Below, one piece after another: positions 23,959 to 32,000 of a stretch of 32,000 nucleotides of DNA. The stretch comes from Acaryochloris thomasi RCC1774 (GTDB taxonomy: Bacteria > Cyanobacteriota > Cyanobacteriia > Thermosynechococcales > Thermosynechococcaceae). How positions within the stretch are numbered: position 1 is the stretch's first letter; every line of letters starts with the position of its first letter. The DNA is taken from assembly GCF_003231495.1 (NCBI RefSeq), contig NZ_PQWO01000001.1, forward strand, positions 150,001-182,000, read 5' to 3'. A program made the position numbers and the translations under genes. The notes under the pieces are model-generated. The model did not search any database and had not been told where the DNA came from. It saw only the letters and a program-made list of their open reading frames with translations.

Positions 23959-25335
23959 ATGGTGAAAACTTCTGACAGTCCCCCCAACCCGTTCTCAGAA
24001 TCAGAGCTTCAGTCTGTTGAGCCACGGCGAGACGATATGCAAGAAAAGAGTCACCCAAAAAGCAAAAAAGTGCCTAGGTGGTTGGTCGCTATCTTGATCT
24101 TGGGGGGAAGCGCAGTTTTATGGCAGGTCATTGTCCCCTCATCTCGCCCCACGGCTCAAACCAGTACTCAAGAAACACCCCCCAGAGCAGTTGAAATTGG
24201 GGCTTTGATGTCAGGCACAGGCAGCAGGCAGGTGAGATTGCTAGGACAAGTGGAGGCTGGAGCACGCGCAACATTAAATCCTCAGATTGAGGGGACAGTG
24301 CAGCAAGTTTTAGTTAGAGAGGGCGATCGCGTTACGCCTGGAATGACGATGGCCGTTCTCGATGATGCTGATTCAAAATTAGCCTTGGCTGAAGCTCGAG
24401 CAAGACTCGCACAGGAAAAAGGAAACTTAGCTCGGCTGCAGGTGGGAACTCGGCCTGAGATTCTCACTCAGAGACGCGCAGAATTAGCCGCCGCTGAAGC
24501 CAGAGAAGCAGAAGCCCAAGATAATTTAGGGCGGACGGCGAGTTTGACAGAAGAAGGCGCGTTATCTGAAAGAACTTTGGTAGAAGTCAGAAGCGAAGCC
24601 AATGCGGCCACAAGCGAAAAATTTCGAGTCAAGGCTCTTTTAGCGGAGGCAGAAGCAGGCCCCACTAGAGAAGAGATTGATGCGCAAAAAGGCTTAGTCG
24701 CCGCTGCCCACGCAGCCGTAAGACAGGCAGAGCTGGGGATGCGACGCACACGAATCCAAGCCGCTTTCCCTGGAGTCGTAGAATCACGGGATGCTGATCC
24801 CGGCGACTATGTTGAGGTCGACGATCCCATATTGACACTGGTGAGCGATCGCTCTTTAGATATCTTTTTAGAAATTCCCGAAAGCTTGAGCGGGCAAGTC
24901 GCCCCCGGGAAAACGGTGAACTTGACGGCTCGCGCCTTGCCTGACTGGAAACAACAAACGAGCATTACCGCAGTTGTCCCCTCGACAGATACTACCTCTC
25001 GCCGACAGTTGGTGCGAGTCAGTCTGAATAACCCACCTCAGAGATTATTACCCGGCATGGCCATTCAAGCCTATCTATCTATGCCAGTCGAGAATGCAAA
25101 TACTTTCGTTGTGCCGAGAGATGCCCTAACCAGACGAGGGAGTGACTGGCTGCTATTCACTATCAGAGACAACGCAGCTCAACAGGTCAATGTAGAAATG
25201 GTGGTGGACCTAGGTGAAGAGGTCATTATTGCGAATCCTGAGCTGCAGGAAGGGCGAGAGATCGTCGTTAATGGCGGTGATGGATTGACGGATAATGCTG
25301 CCGTAAAAGTGGTCAATTCTCTAACGGATCGCTGA
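23959..25335 (+). CDS. RND efflux periplasmic adaptor (membrane fusion protein, HlyD family)
   Basis: It has an N-terminal anchor helix (WLVAILILGG), lipoyl-like segments and an Ala/Glu-rich coiled-coil hairpin (24400-24750). The start is ambiguous among 23890 TTG, 23959 ATG and 24037 ATG. Confidence 0.85.
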   Translation: MVKTSDSPPNPFSESELQSVEPRRDDMQEKSHPKSKKVPRWLVAILILGGSAVLWQVIVPSSRPTAQTSTQETPPRAVEIGALMSGTGSRQVRLLGQVEAGARATLNPQIEGTVQQVLVREGDRVTPGMTMAVLDDADSKLALAEARARLAQEKGNLARLQVGTRPEILTQRRAELAAAEAREAEAQDNLGRTASLTEEGALSERTLVEVRSEANAATSEKFRVKALLAEAEAGPTREEIDAQKGLVAAAHAAVRQAELGMRRTRIQAAFPGVVESRDADPGDYVEVDDPILTLVSDRSLDIFLEIPESLSGQVAPGKTVNLTARALPDWKQQTSITAVVPSTDTTSRRQLVRVSLNNPPQRLLPGMAIQAYLSMPVENANTFVVPRDALTRRGSDWLLFTIRDNAAQQVNVEMVVDLGEEVIIANPELQEGREIVVNGGDGLTDNAAVKVVNSLTDR

Positions 25336-25634
25336 TTTAGATTTTCTACATATGGCATCCCTGTCACTCAAAACTGAGATGCAGCTAGCGGTCAGCTTAT
25401 GAAACAGTCATCTCGATTCTTTGGACAAGCGTGGGTTGCAATGGCCGTTAGCGAAGCGCCTCTCTCGGCGGCAGGCCGGTGGGAGACTATCGCAATTCTG
25501 TAAATGCTTGGCTAAGACATAAACGAGATCTACCCCGCGCACAACAGGTAATGGATCAGCCATGGCAAGAGATAGATTAATTTCATTCAATACTGTTTAA
25601 AGTTAAGTCACTATAGATCGAGGAATCAAGAACA

Positions 25635-26048
25635 ATGAAATACATTCCTTTAGCTGCTCGTATTTGTCTTTGCATAATCTTTATTAACTCAGGCATCGGC
25701 AAGATTTTTGATTTTGCTAGCACTGCAGAGATGATGGCAAATAAAGGCTTGCCTATTGCCAGTATTTTGTTAGTCTTTACAATTATTTTTCAACTACTGG
25801 GTGGCTTATCTTTGCTACTTGGCTATAAGGTCAAACTCGGATCAATACTGTTGATCTCATTCTTAATTCCTGCAACTTTAGTCTTTCATAATCCAATTGC
25901 AGATCCGGGTGAACTCAATTCTTTTCTCAAAAATATAGGTCTAATTGGTGGACTGTTAATGGTTGTTTATGCGGGTGCCGGTGCGTTGAGTATCGATAAC
26001 CTTGCCGAGAAATCACAACCCCGAGAACAAGTCACAATCAATCATTAA
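25635..26048 (+). CDS. DoxX-family small integral membrane protein
   Basis: The 137-aa protein has four hydrophobic helices and the DoxX pattern (RICLCIIFINSGIGKI...FQLLGGLSLLLGYK...ATLVFHN). Confidence 0.75.
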   Translation: MKYIPLAARICLCIIFINSGIGKIFDFASTAEMMANKGLPIASILLVFTIIFQLLGGLSLLLGYKVKLGSILLISFLIPATLVFHNPIADPGELNSFLKNIGLIGGLLMVVYAGAGALSIDNLAEKSQPREQVTINH

Positions 26049-26091
26049 GTACAACCTCCACTAGACGTGACAAACAACAAAGGGCCAAACA

Positions 26092-29000
26092 ATGAGTCTG
26101 ATTAAAACCGCCGTTCGCTGGCGACACGGGACTGGCGTATTGTTTTGTCTATTGGCTTTGTTCGGCATTCTGGCATTGTTTCAGTTACCGCTAGAATTAC
26201 AGCCCGGCGGAGATCGCCCTGAAATCAGTATCACGACGCCTTATCTAGGGGCTTCTCCCGCCGAGGTCGAAGATTTAGTGACGCGTCCCATTGAAGAAAG
26301 ACTGGAAGAGGTTCAGGGCATTCAGGACATCACCAGCAGCAGTGGTTCGGGTGTGAGTACGATTAATGTCGAGTTTGACTGGGATAGCGACATTGATCGC
26401 TCTTTGGTCGATGTTCTCAATAAGCTGCAGCAGGTTGAAGCGCTCCCGATAGAAGCCGATGAGTCAGATGTAGAAGTCATCAGCGGCAGCAGCGACCCGA
26501 TGATGTGGATCGTTTTAATTCCGAAAGAAGGCTTTACTGCAGATGATCATCACTACAGAGATTTAGTCGACGATATCGTTGTCCCTCGCCTTCGTCAGGT
26601 CCAGGGGGTCGGACAGTTTTTGGTTTCTGGAGGAAGAGAAAGGGAAGTTGAAGTCGTTGTCGATCCCAAAGCTCTAGCCGATCGCAACCTCACGATTAGA
26701 GATGTCGCCAACAGTCTGCGCAACAACAACCAGGACATTCGCGGAGGGCCTTTGGTCCTGGGACGCAGAGAGTATCGAGTGAGAACGATTAGTCGCATTG
26801 AAGACGTCAAACAATTAGAAGAGTTCGTCTTGCGTCGGGATGGGTCGGGAACAGTGTACCTAGGAGATGTGGCAAAAGCCCGCATGGGTCGCGCCATCCA
26901 AGATCGAGCTTTGATTAGAAATAATGAGCCTGCGGTGGCAACGGGGGTTATTCGTCAGGTTGGAGGCAACGTGCCTGAAATATCGGCGGGCATCAGAGAA
27001 GCTCTAGTTGAATTAGAAGCCAGATTTGATCGCGAAGGAGAAGGGATTGCTTTTGATATTCCCTATGACGAAAATGACTACATCAATGAATCGATTTCCT
27101 TCGTCGAAGGCAACCTAATTATAGGTGCCATTCTTGCCGCTCTAGTCTTGCTCTTATTCCTGGGTTCGTTGAGGACAGTCGGAGTCATTGCGATCGCAAT
27201 CCCTACAACTCTGATTACCGTCTTCATTGTCTTCTATGCGTTGGGGCGCACCCTAAACGTGATTAGCTTAGCGGGGTTAGCCTTTGCGGTAGGGATGGTC
27301 GTGGATAACGCGATCGTTGTCCTAGAAAATGTCTTTACCCATATGCAGCAGGGTAAAACGCCGATGAAAGCTGCGATCGACGGGACACAAGAGGTGGGTG
27401 GCGCGATGCTGGCTTCTACCCTAACGACCGTAGCCGTATTCGCACCGATTGTCTTAGTCACCGGAGAAGCGGGACAGTTATTTTTTGATATTGGGATTGC
27501 ACTGTCAGCTTCGGTCATGTTTTCTTTGTTTGCCGCGCTTACTCTGGTGCCGATGTTGGCGGGATTATTTCTCAAACGAACAGAAGCAGAACAGATGTTG
27601 GCGGGCGGAGAATATAGAGGAGGTAATGGGTTAGAGCGTGCCGTCGCTAAGACTTCGGCCATTTTTCGGTTGGGAGAGCGTCAGCTAGAGAATTTTCTTT
27701 TGAAAACCGTGCATTGGTCGCTCGGGAAAGGCAAATTAAAGCGTCGTCTATTTGTCTTAGCACTCCCCATCGTCTTACTAATCACCAGTTTTCAGCTATT
27801 ACCCCCTGCCGACTATCTTCCAGAAGGCAACCGTAATCTGGTCCTTTGGATTGCTGGAACCTTCCCAGGGACTAGCATTCCCGAAGCCGTAGAACTATCC
27901 CAAGCACCCAGGGATTTTGTTAGCCAGCAACCAGAGGTAATGCGTACGCTTTACGTTCACCGCCCAGGACGACGATTGATTGCTGCATTTATTCAACCGG
28001 AAGCATCTACGGGCAATAACTTGAACGATTTAGTCGACCGTTTCAGAGCGAAAAGCAATGATTTTCCGGGCTATCGTTTTCTTGTGCCCCGACGAGCCTC
28101 CATTTTTCAGGACCCCGGTAAAGAATTCGAGGTTCAGATTATTGGCGAGAATTTATCAGAAATAGACGGACTACAAAAACAACTTAACCAACAGATAGGA
28201 GAGTTGCAAGGTATTCAGAATGTCCGCTCTGACTTTGTTACAGGTGCCCCAGAATTACAGGTGATTCCCAACCGCGAACGTTTGGCAGAAGCAGGATTAT
28301 CAGAATCAGAAATCGGCGAAATGGTGCAGGCGGCTTTGGGGGGATTACGGGCCTCAGAATTTATTGATGGCAAACGAGAGCTAAATGTGACCGTTGAACT
28401 GCGAGATACCTTTGTTGAAACGCCTGAACAGCTGCGTCAACTCGCCATTTATAACGGGCGCCAAAGACTACAGCTTTCCGATGTCGCACAAGTCCTAGAA
28501 ACGACAGGGGCAGATACGATCAATCATGTTGATTTAGAGCGATCAATTACCCTAACGGCCAGCGTTGCCAACGATGCCCCTTTGGGAGCATTAGTGAACC
28601 AAACCGAACAGCAAATCCTTGAGCCTTTACGCCAAGATTTACCTGCAGGCGTTCGCGTAGAGCTGGCAGGATCGGCTGACGTACTATCAGAAACGCTATT
28701 TCAGCTCGGATCTACCTTTGCCCTTTCTTTAATCATTACCTACCTTTTGCTAGTGGCCCTGTACCGCTCCTTTACTTATCCTCTCTTAATTATGGCAACT
28801 GTGCCGATGGGGATGACGGGTGCACTACTCAGCTTAGTGATCGCAAATTCTATCCCTGGCGTGGTGGTGCCCTTAGATATGATTACCGGGTTAGGATTTG
28901 TAATTTTGACGGGTGTAGTTGTCAACAACGCTATTCTCTTAGTTGATCGCGCCCTACAGCTCCAGGAAGAAGGGATGGAATATGATGCTTCTCTTTATGC

Positions 29001-29280
29001 AGCTGTTAGCGATCGCCTGCGTCCCATTTTCATGTCGGCAGGAACGAGCGTCTTAGGGATGCTGCCTCTCGCTATCATTCCAGGGAAAGGAGCAGAACTT
29101 TACCAAGGTTTGGGTATTGCTTTAACCGGTGGCTTAGCGTTATCAACTTTTCTAACCCCTACGGTCATTCCTGCTTTGATGGGATTGTTGCAGGATCTCA
29201 AATCAAAGAGAAGTATAAAAGTGCAAGAGTGGCAGGACTCTCAGCTCGAAGAAAGGAGCTACGAGGAAGTAGGAAAATAA
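26092..29280 (+). CDS. RND efflux transporter permease (AcrB/AcrD/AcrF superfamily)
   Basis: The 1062-aa protein has a 12-TM architecture with two large periplasmic loops and a TM4 motif AFAVGMVVDNAIVVLEN. Confidence 0.95.
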   Translation: MSLIKTAVRWRHGTGVLFCLLALFGILALFQLPLELQPGGDRPEISITTPYLGASPAEVEDLVTRPIEERLEEVQGIQDITSSSGSGVSTINVEFDWDSDIDRSLVDVLNKLQQVEALPIEADESDVEVISGSSDPMMWIVLIPKEGFTADDHHYRDLVDDIVVPRLRQVQGVGQFLVSGGREREVEVVVDPKALADRNLTIRDVANSLRNNNQDIRGGPLVLGRREYRVRTISRIEDVKQLEEFVLRRDGSGTVYLGDVAKARMGRAIQDRALIRNNEPAVATGVIRQVGGNVPEISAGIREALVELEARFDREGEGIAFDIPYDENDYINESISFVEGNLIIGAILAALVLLLFLGSLRTVGVIAIAIPTTLITVFIVFYALGRTLNVISLAGLAFAVGMVVDNAIVVLENVFTHMQQGKTPMKAAIDGTQEVGGAMLASTLTTVAVFAPIVLVTGEAGQLFFDIGIALSASVMFSLFAALTLVPMLAGLFLKRTEAEQMLAGGEYRGGNGLERAVAKTSAIFRLGERQLENFLLKTVHWSLGKGKLKRRLFVLALPIVLLITSFQLLPPADYLPEGNRNLVLWIAGTFPGTSIPEAVELSQAPRDFVSQQPEVMRTLYVHRPGRRLIAAFIQPEASTGNNLNDLVDRFRAKSNDFPGYRFLVPRRASIFQDPGKEFEVQIIGENLSEIDGLQKQLNQQIGELQGIQNVRSDFVTGAPELQVIPNRERLAEAGLSESEIGEMVQAALGGLRASEFIDGKRELNVTVELRDTFVETPEQLRQLAIYNGRQRLQLSDVAQVLETTGADTINHVDLERSITLTASVANDAPLGALVNQTEQQILEPLRQDLPAGVRVELAGSADVLSETLFQLGSTFALSLIITYLLLVALYRSFTYPLLIMATVPMGMTGALLSLVIANSIPGVVVPLDMITGLGFVILTGVVVNNAILLVDRALQLQEEGMEYDASLYAAVSDRLRPIFMSAGTSVLGMLPLAIIPGKGAELYQGLGIALTGGLALSTFLTPTVIPALMGLLQDLKSKRSIKVQEWQDSQLEERSYEEVGK

Positions 29281-29522
29281 TAATAGGCTCTCGATTGAAA
29301 TTTTGCATAGTGCGCGAGGCAAGGCTCTATACATGACTAGAAGTCAGCGCCTCAAAAATAGAATCCGAAGCTTGAATAAGTTGCTGGAAACTTCAATATT
29401 GTAAGGGCTTCTTAGAATTTATTTTTATCCACACTCTGCTATTGATTAAAGATAGCTAAACCTCTGTAAAATCCGCATTGAAAATCACAAGTTCAGTCAG
29501 CGTGAATAGTGCTAAGTGTGAT

Positions 29523-30800
29523 CTAAGGTCTGAGGGGTAAACAAATCTGAAACATTGTTCCTTTCCCAAATTCACTTTCGACCGTAATCTTGCCATCGTG
29601 CGCTTGAATAATCTGCTGTGCGATCGCAAGCCCTAACCCAAACCCTCCAGTTTGTCTGGTACGAGCTTTATCAACCCGATAAAAGCGCTCGAAGATGTGA
29701 GGCAAATCCGCAGCAGGGATTCCAATGCCAGTATCTTTGACTGTAATTAAAATTCGACGAGGTTTAACGACAAGTTCTAAATCAACTCTGCCCTCAGGAG
29801 AAGTATATTTAATCGCGTTATCGAGTAAATTGCGGATAGCCTGTTTGAAAAGATCAGGATCGCTATGAATTTCCAGAGGTTTGGCAGGCACAAGTAGATG
29901 AAACTCCAAACCTTTCTCTACTGCTAACGTTTTATATTCGCTACCTAATGAACTTAACAACTCTTCTATATTTGTCTTTGCTACATCTTTTGGATTTAGT
30001 TGTCCTTCATGACGGGCAAGAAACAGCAGATTAGCGATCAAAGCACTGATCGATTTACTTTGAGTCACAATGTTCGATAAGCGCTGCCGAGGCTGTTGCT
30101 CATCTTCAGCAGGGGCGAGTAACCCCACCTGGGCATTACTGAGGATAGCTGAGATAGGAGCGCGCAGTTCATGAGAAGCATCGGCTGTAAACCGCTGTAG
30201 TTGTTCGTAGGACCTTCTCGCGGGACGCATGGCAAAGCTACCGAGTATCCAACCCACTATTCCAGTAAAGATAAGTGCAACGGGTATCCCCAGAGATAAA
30301 AATAAACGCGATCGCGCTAGAGATTCCTCTAGCGGCTCTAGGGATACCGCAATCTGTAGATAACCGACCGGAGACTCACCATCCTGTAGCGGCAGGGTTA
30401 GTCTGCGCAGATTTTTTTGCTGAGTTGCACCATCAGAGCGACAGTCATACTTTAGGATCTTCCAACCTGGGGTAATTGGCGTTCGCTGGCGAGGAGAGTG
30501 CCCCGTAAACTGTAGAAGGCGCTGTCGAAAATCGTACCAGCGAACATAAATTATCTTTGACTCTAGGCCGTCGCTGTTTCGGAACGACACGTTTTCTGTA
30601 TCTATTGACCAGCTTTCACCCTGTTTTTGATAGGTTGTCAGTGCAGCAATTCTTTTTGCTTCACGATAGATTTGTGTATCAAGTTCTCGCATTTCATCCT
30701 CTACCTGACGATGATAAACCGTAAAGGCAAACAGAATTAGAATGCTTCCCATGGACAGGGCAAACCAATAAGCAAGACGACGGCGAGAACGATCAAACAT
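29523..30800 (-). CDS. Two-component sensor histidine kinase (2 TM, periplasmic loop, HisKA + HATPase_c)
   Basis: It has the H-box FTADASHELRAP, N-box LLDNAIKYT, G1 VKDTGIGI and G2 GGFGLGLA. The TM helices are at about aa 10-30 and 165-187. Confidence 0.9.
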   Translation of the reverse strand: MFDRSRRRLAYWFALSMGSILILFAFTVYHRQVEDEMRELDTQIYREAKRIAALTTYQKQGESWSIDTENVSFRNSDGLESKIIYVRWYDFRQRLLQFTGHSPRQRTPITPGWKILKYDCRSDGATQQKNLRRLTLPLQDGESPVGYLQIAVSLEPLEESLARSRLFLSLGIPVALIFTGIVGWILGSFAMRPARRSYEQLQRFTADASHELRAPISAILSNAQVGLLAPAEDEQQPRQRLSNIVTQSKSISALIANLLFLARHEGQLNPKDVAKTNIEELLSSLGSEYKTLAVEKGLEFHLLVPAKPLEIHSDPDLFKQAIRNLLDNAIKYTSPEGRVDLELVVKPRRILITVKDTGIGIPAADLPHIFERFYRVDKARTRQTGGFGLGLAIAQQIIQAHDGKITVESEFGKGTMFQICLPLRP

Positions 30801-31019
30801 ATTTTAACAAGCACTCTTTTCTGCTCAGATCCTAGCTGATTTTATGCTGGCCATGTTGACTTCTTCTATGCTTTGTGAAGCCTCAGCATTCAGCTTCTCA
30901 TACTCTAGACGGCGATACTTCCGGCTCTAATTTTTTTCAGGGAATCTTGGTCGCTGTATGACATTTTCATGTCATGTTTCACTATCAAAATAGAGATAAG
31001 TCAGTCAAGAACGAACAAC

Positions 31020-31508
31020 ATGCAACCAATTTCTTCTTTCAAAAAGACAATCCTGGCAGTTTTGGTGGGTACCAGTATTGTCAGCGTAACAACATTACCC
31101 GTTCGAGCAAATGAAGATAGCTGGGTCAGTCAATCTAGAGGGACTCAGCCGGTCTTCAGCCAGAATCCCTCCACATTCAGCAATCGCCCCAGCGATACTG
31201 GCTCTGTGGAAGATTTCACCAAGGTTATTGGTATCTTTGGTCTAGCAATGGGAACAGGCATGATCGGCTGGCATCTAACCCACTCTCGCCGCTCATCCTT
31301 GAGTGATTCCATTTTTTCTATCAATAGCAGAGAAACCTCTATGCTTGGGCACGTGAATCCCAAACTGAAGCAGAAGCTCTTGAGGTTAGTTCACAATCAG
31401 CAGACTGCAAGCCGTCTCCTTTCTAGCGCTTCACTCAGATACGCGGACCGCTCTCCCAACTGGCTGGCGGAGAAAGTCATTTATGATCTACAGCGAGATC
31501 GCGCCTAG
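31020..31508 (+). CDS. Hypothetical secreted or membrane-anchored protein between the kinase and regulator genes
   Basis: From ATG 31020 there is a signal-peptide-like N-terminus (MQPISSFKKTILAVLVGTSIVSVTTLPVRA/NED). A central hydrophobic helix (VIGIFGLAMGTGMIGW) and a basic helical C-terminus (..SPNWLAEKVIYDLQRDR) follow. Confidence 0.5.
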   Translation: MQPISSFKKTILAVLVGTSIVSVTTLPVRANEDSWVSQSRGTQPVFSQNPSTFSNRPSDTGSVEDFTKVIGIFGLAMGTGMIGWHLTHSRRSSLSDSIFSINSRETSMLGHVNPKLKQKLLRLVHNQQTASRLLSSASLRYADRSPNWLAEKVIYDLQRDRA

Positions 31509-31593
31509 TGCTTCTGTAAGCGAAGCCTCTTAAAGTTGCCCCCTAAGTCGACAAACTGATCCTCCCTGCAAGAAGTGATATGCAGGCGTGACT

Positions 31594-32000
31594 CTAATCT
31601 TGGTAATTGAGGCGATATCCCATACCGTATACGGTTTCTAACCAATCCTTTGCCCCGACAGCTTCTAAACGCTGTCGGAGTCTTCTAACCAGCGTCGTCA
31701 CTGCATTACTTTCCGGCTCGCTTCCCCAGCTCCAGAGTGCCTGCTCGATTTGATCGCGAGACAAGACCTGGCGTGGATGACGCATGAGATATTCCATAAG
31801 CTGAAATTCTTTGACTGAGAGCTGAATTTTCTCTGCTCCCCGCTCTAGCTCTAAGCTAGTCAAATCTAGCTGTAAATCCGCTATTGCCAGTACCTCTCCT
31901 TGCCAGAGGGGCGATCGCCGCCCCAAAGCTCGCACCCTCGCCAATAGCTCTAAGACATCGACAGGCTTAACAATGTAGTCATCTGCTCCAGCATCTAGAC
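31594..32000 (-). CDS. OmpR-family response regulator; 5' (receiver) part runs off the window
   Basis: It has a winged-helix C-terminus (LSVKEFQLMEYLMRHPRQVLSRDQI..VRRLRQRL..YGMGYRL). The frame stays open to base 32000 and reads ..DAGADDYIVKPVDVLELLARV, which is the end of the receiver domain. Confidence 0.9.
   Translation of the reverse strand, partial: LDAGADDYIVKPVDVLELLARVRALGRRSPLWQGEVLAIADLQLDLTSLELERGAEKIQLSVKEFQLMEYLMRHPRQVLSRDQIEQALWSWGSEPESNAVTTLVRRLRQRLEAVGAKDWLETVYGMGYRLNYQD

Noticed and set aside
24282-24749. Minus-strand ORFs opposite the MFP coiled-coil region; likewise 26595..26897 and 27234..27662 opposite the RND gene and 18979..19188 (poly-Arg) opposite the TerB-like gene
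   Set aside because: They are shadow ORFs of Ala/Glu-rich or membrane-protein coding sequence and have no independent support.
25383-25500. Possible guanidine-I (ykkC) riboswitch in the MFP-doxX spacer: CTAGCGGTCAGC ... TGGACAAGCG ... CTCGGCGGCAGGCCGGTGGGAGA loosely recalls CUAGGGUUCCGG ... GGUCCGAGAG ... ACGGCGGGA..CCCGGGAGA
   Set aside because: Only about two-thirds of the conserved positions match. The GGUCCGAGAG core is not present, and I could not fold a convincing P1/P3 architecture by eye. It would need an Infernal/Rfam scan, so I do not claim it.
25408-25590. Tracked 60-aa minus-strand ORF in the MFP-doxX spacer
   Set aside because: It has no recognisable motif, sits exactly at the length threshold and is on the wrong strand for the operon. 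I treated the region as non-coding spacer or relic.

Overview
This is a 32-kb cyanobacterial chromosomal segment. I counted at least 23 perfect HIP1 octamers (GCGATCGC), against about 0.5 expected by chance. The backbone is ordinary housekeeping: ilvC (5' end cut by the window), hpnH-grxC-gshB, galE, an acetyltransferase, chorismate mutase, a GDSL hydrolase, a PIN/TRAM protein, hemW, rnhB, folC, a J-domain protein and a Ser/Thr kinase. Accessory material is interleaved with it. (1) A metal (Mn/Zn-type) ABC importer has its ATPase and permease genes separated by a 2-kb, AT-richer, HIP1-free cassette of five small co-oriented genes: an unknown 219-aa protein, a hicA missed by the ORF track that has no canonical start codon, hicB, DUF29, and an orphan ribbon-helix-helix protein. 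The divergent promoter toward the substrate-binding gene carries a striking 23-bp tandem direct repeat. (2) A decayed zone holds a small FHA protein, a chloride-channel (ClC) gene remnant, and an ISAs1-family IS. The IS transposase is split at an A8 run that is also a canonical -1 slippery heptamer, and the IS sits inside a long GC-rich palindromic repeat. (3) There is a doc/AbrB-type toxin-antitoxin pair. (4) An RND efflux locus has the order MFP, 299-nt spacer, DoxX, RND pump. Beside it is a two-component system whose kinase and regulator genes are separated by an opposite-strand gene for a secreted or membrane protein. I saw no tRNA, rRNA or CRISPR array. The best candidates for something undescribed are the five-gene cassette, especially the DUF29+RHH pair and the 219-aa protein, and the DoxX-containing RND locus with its split two-component system. 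All functional calls rest on motif recognition by eye, and no database search was possible.
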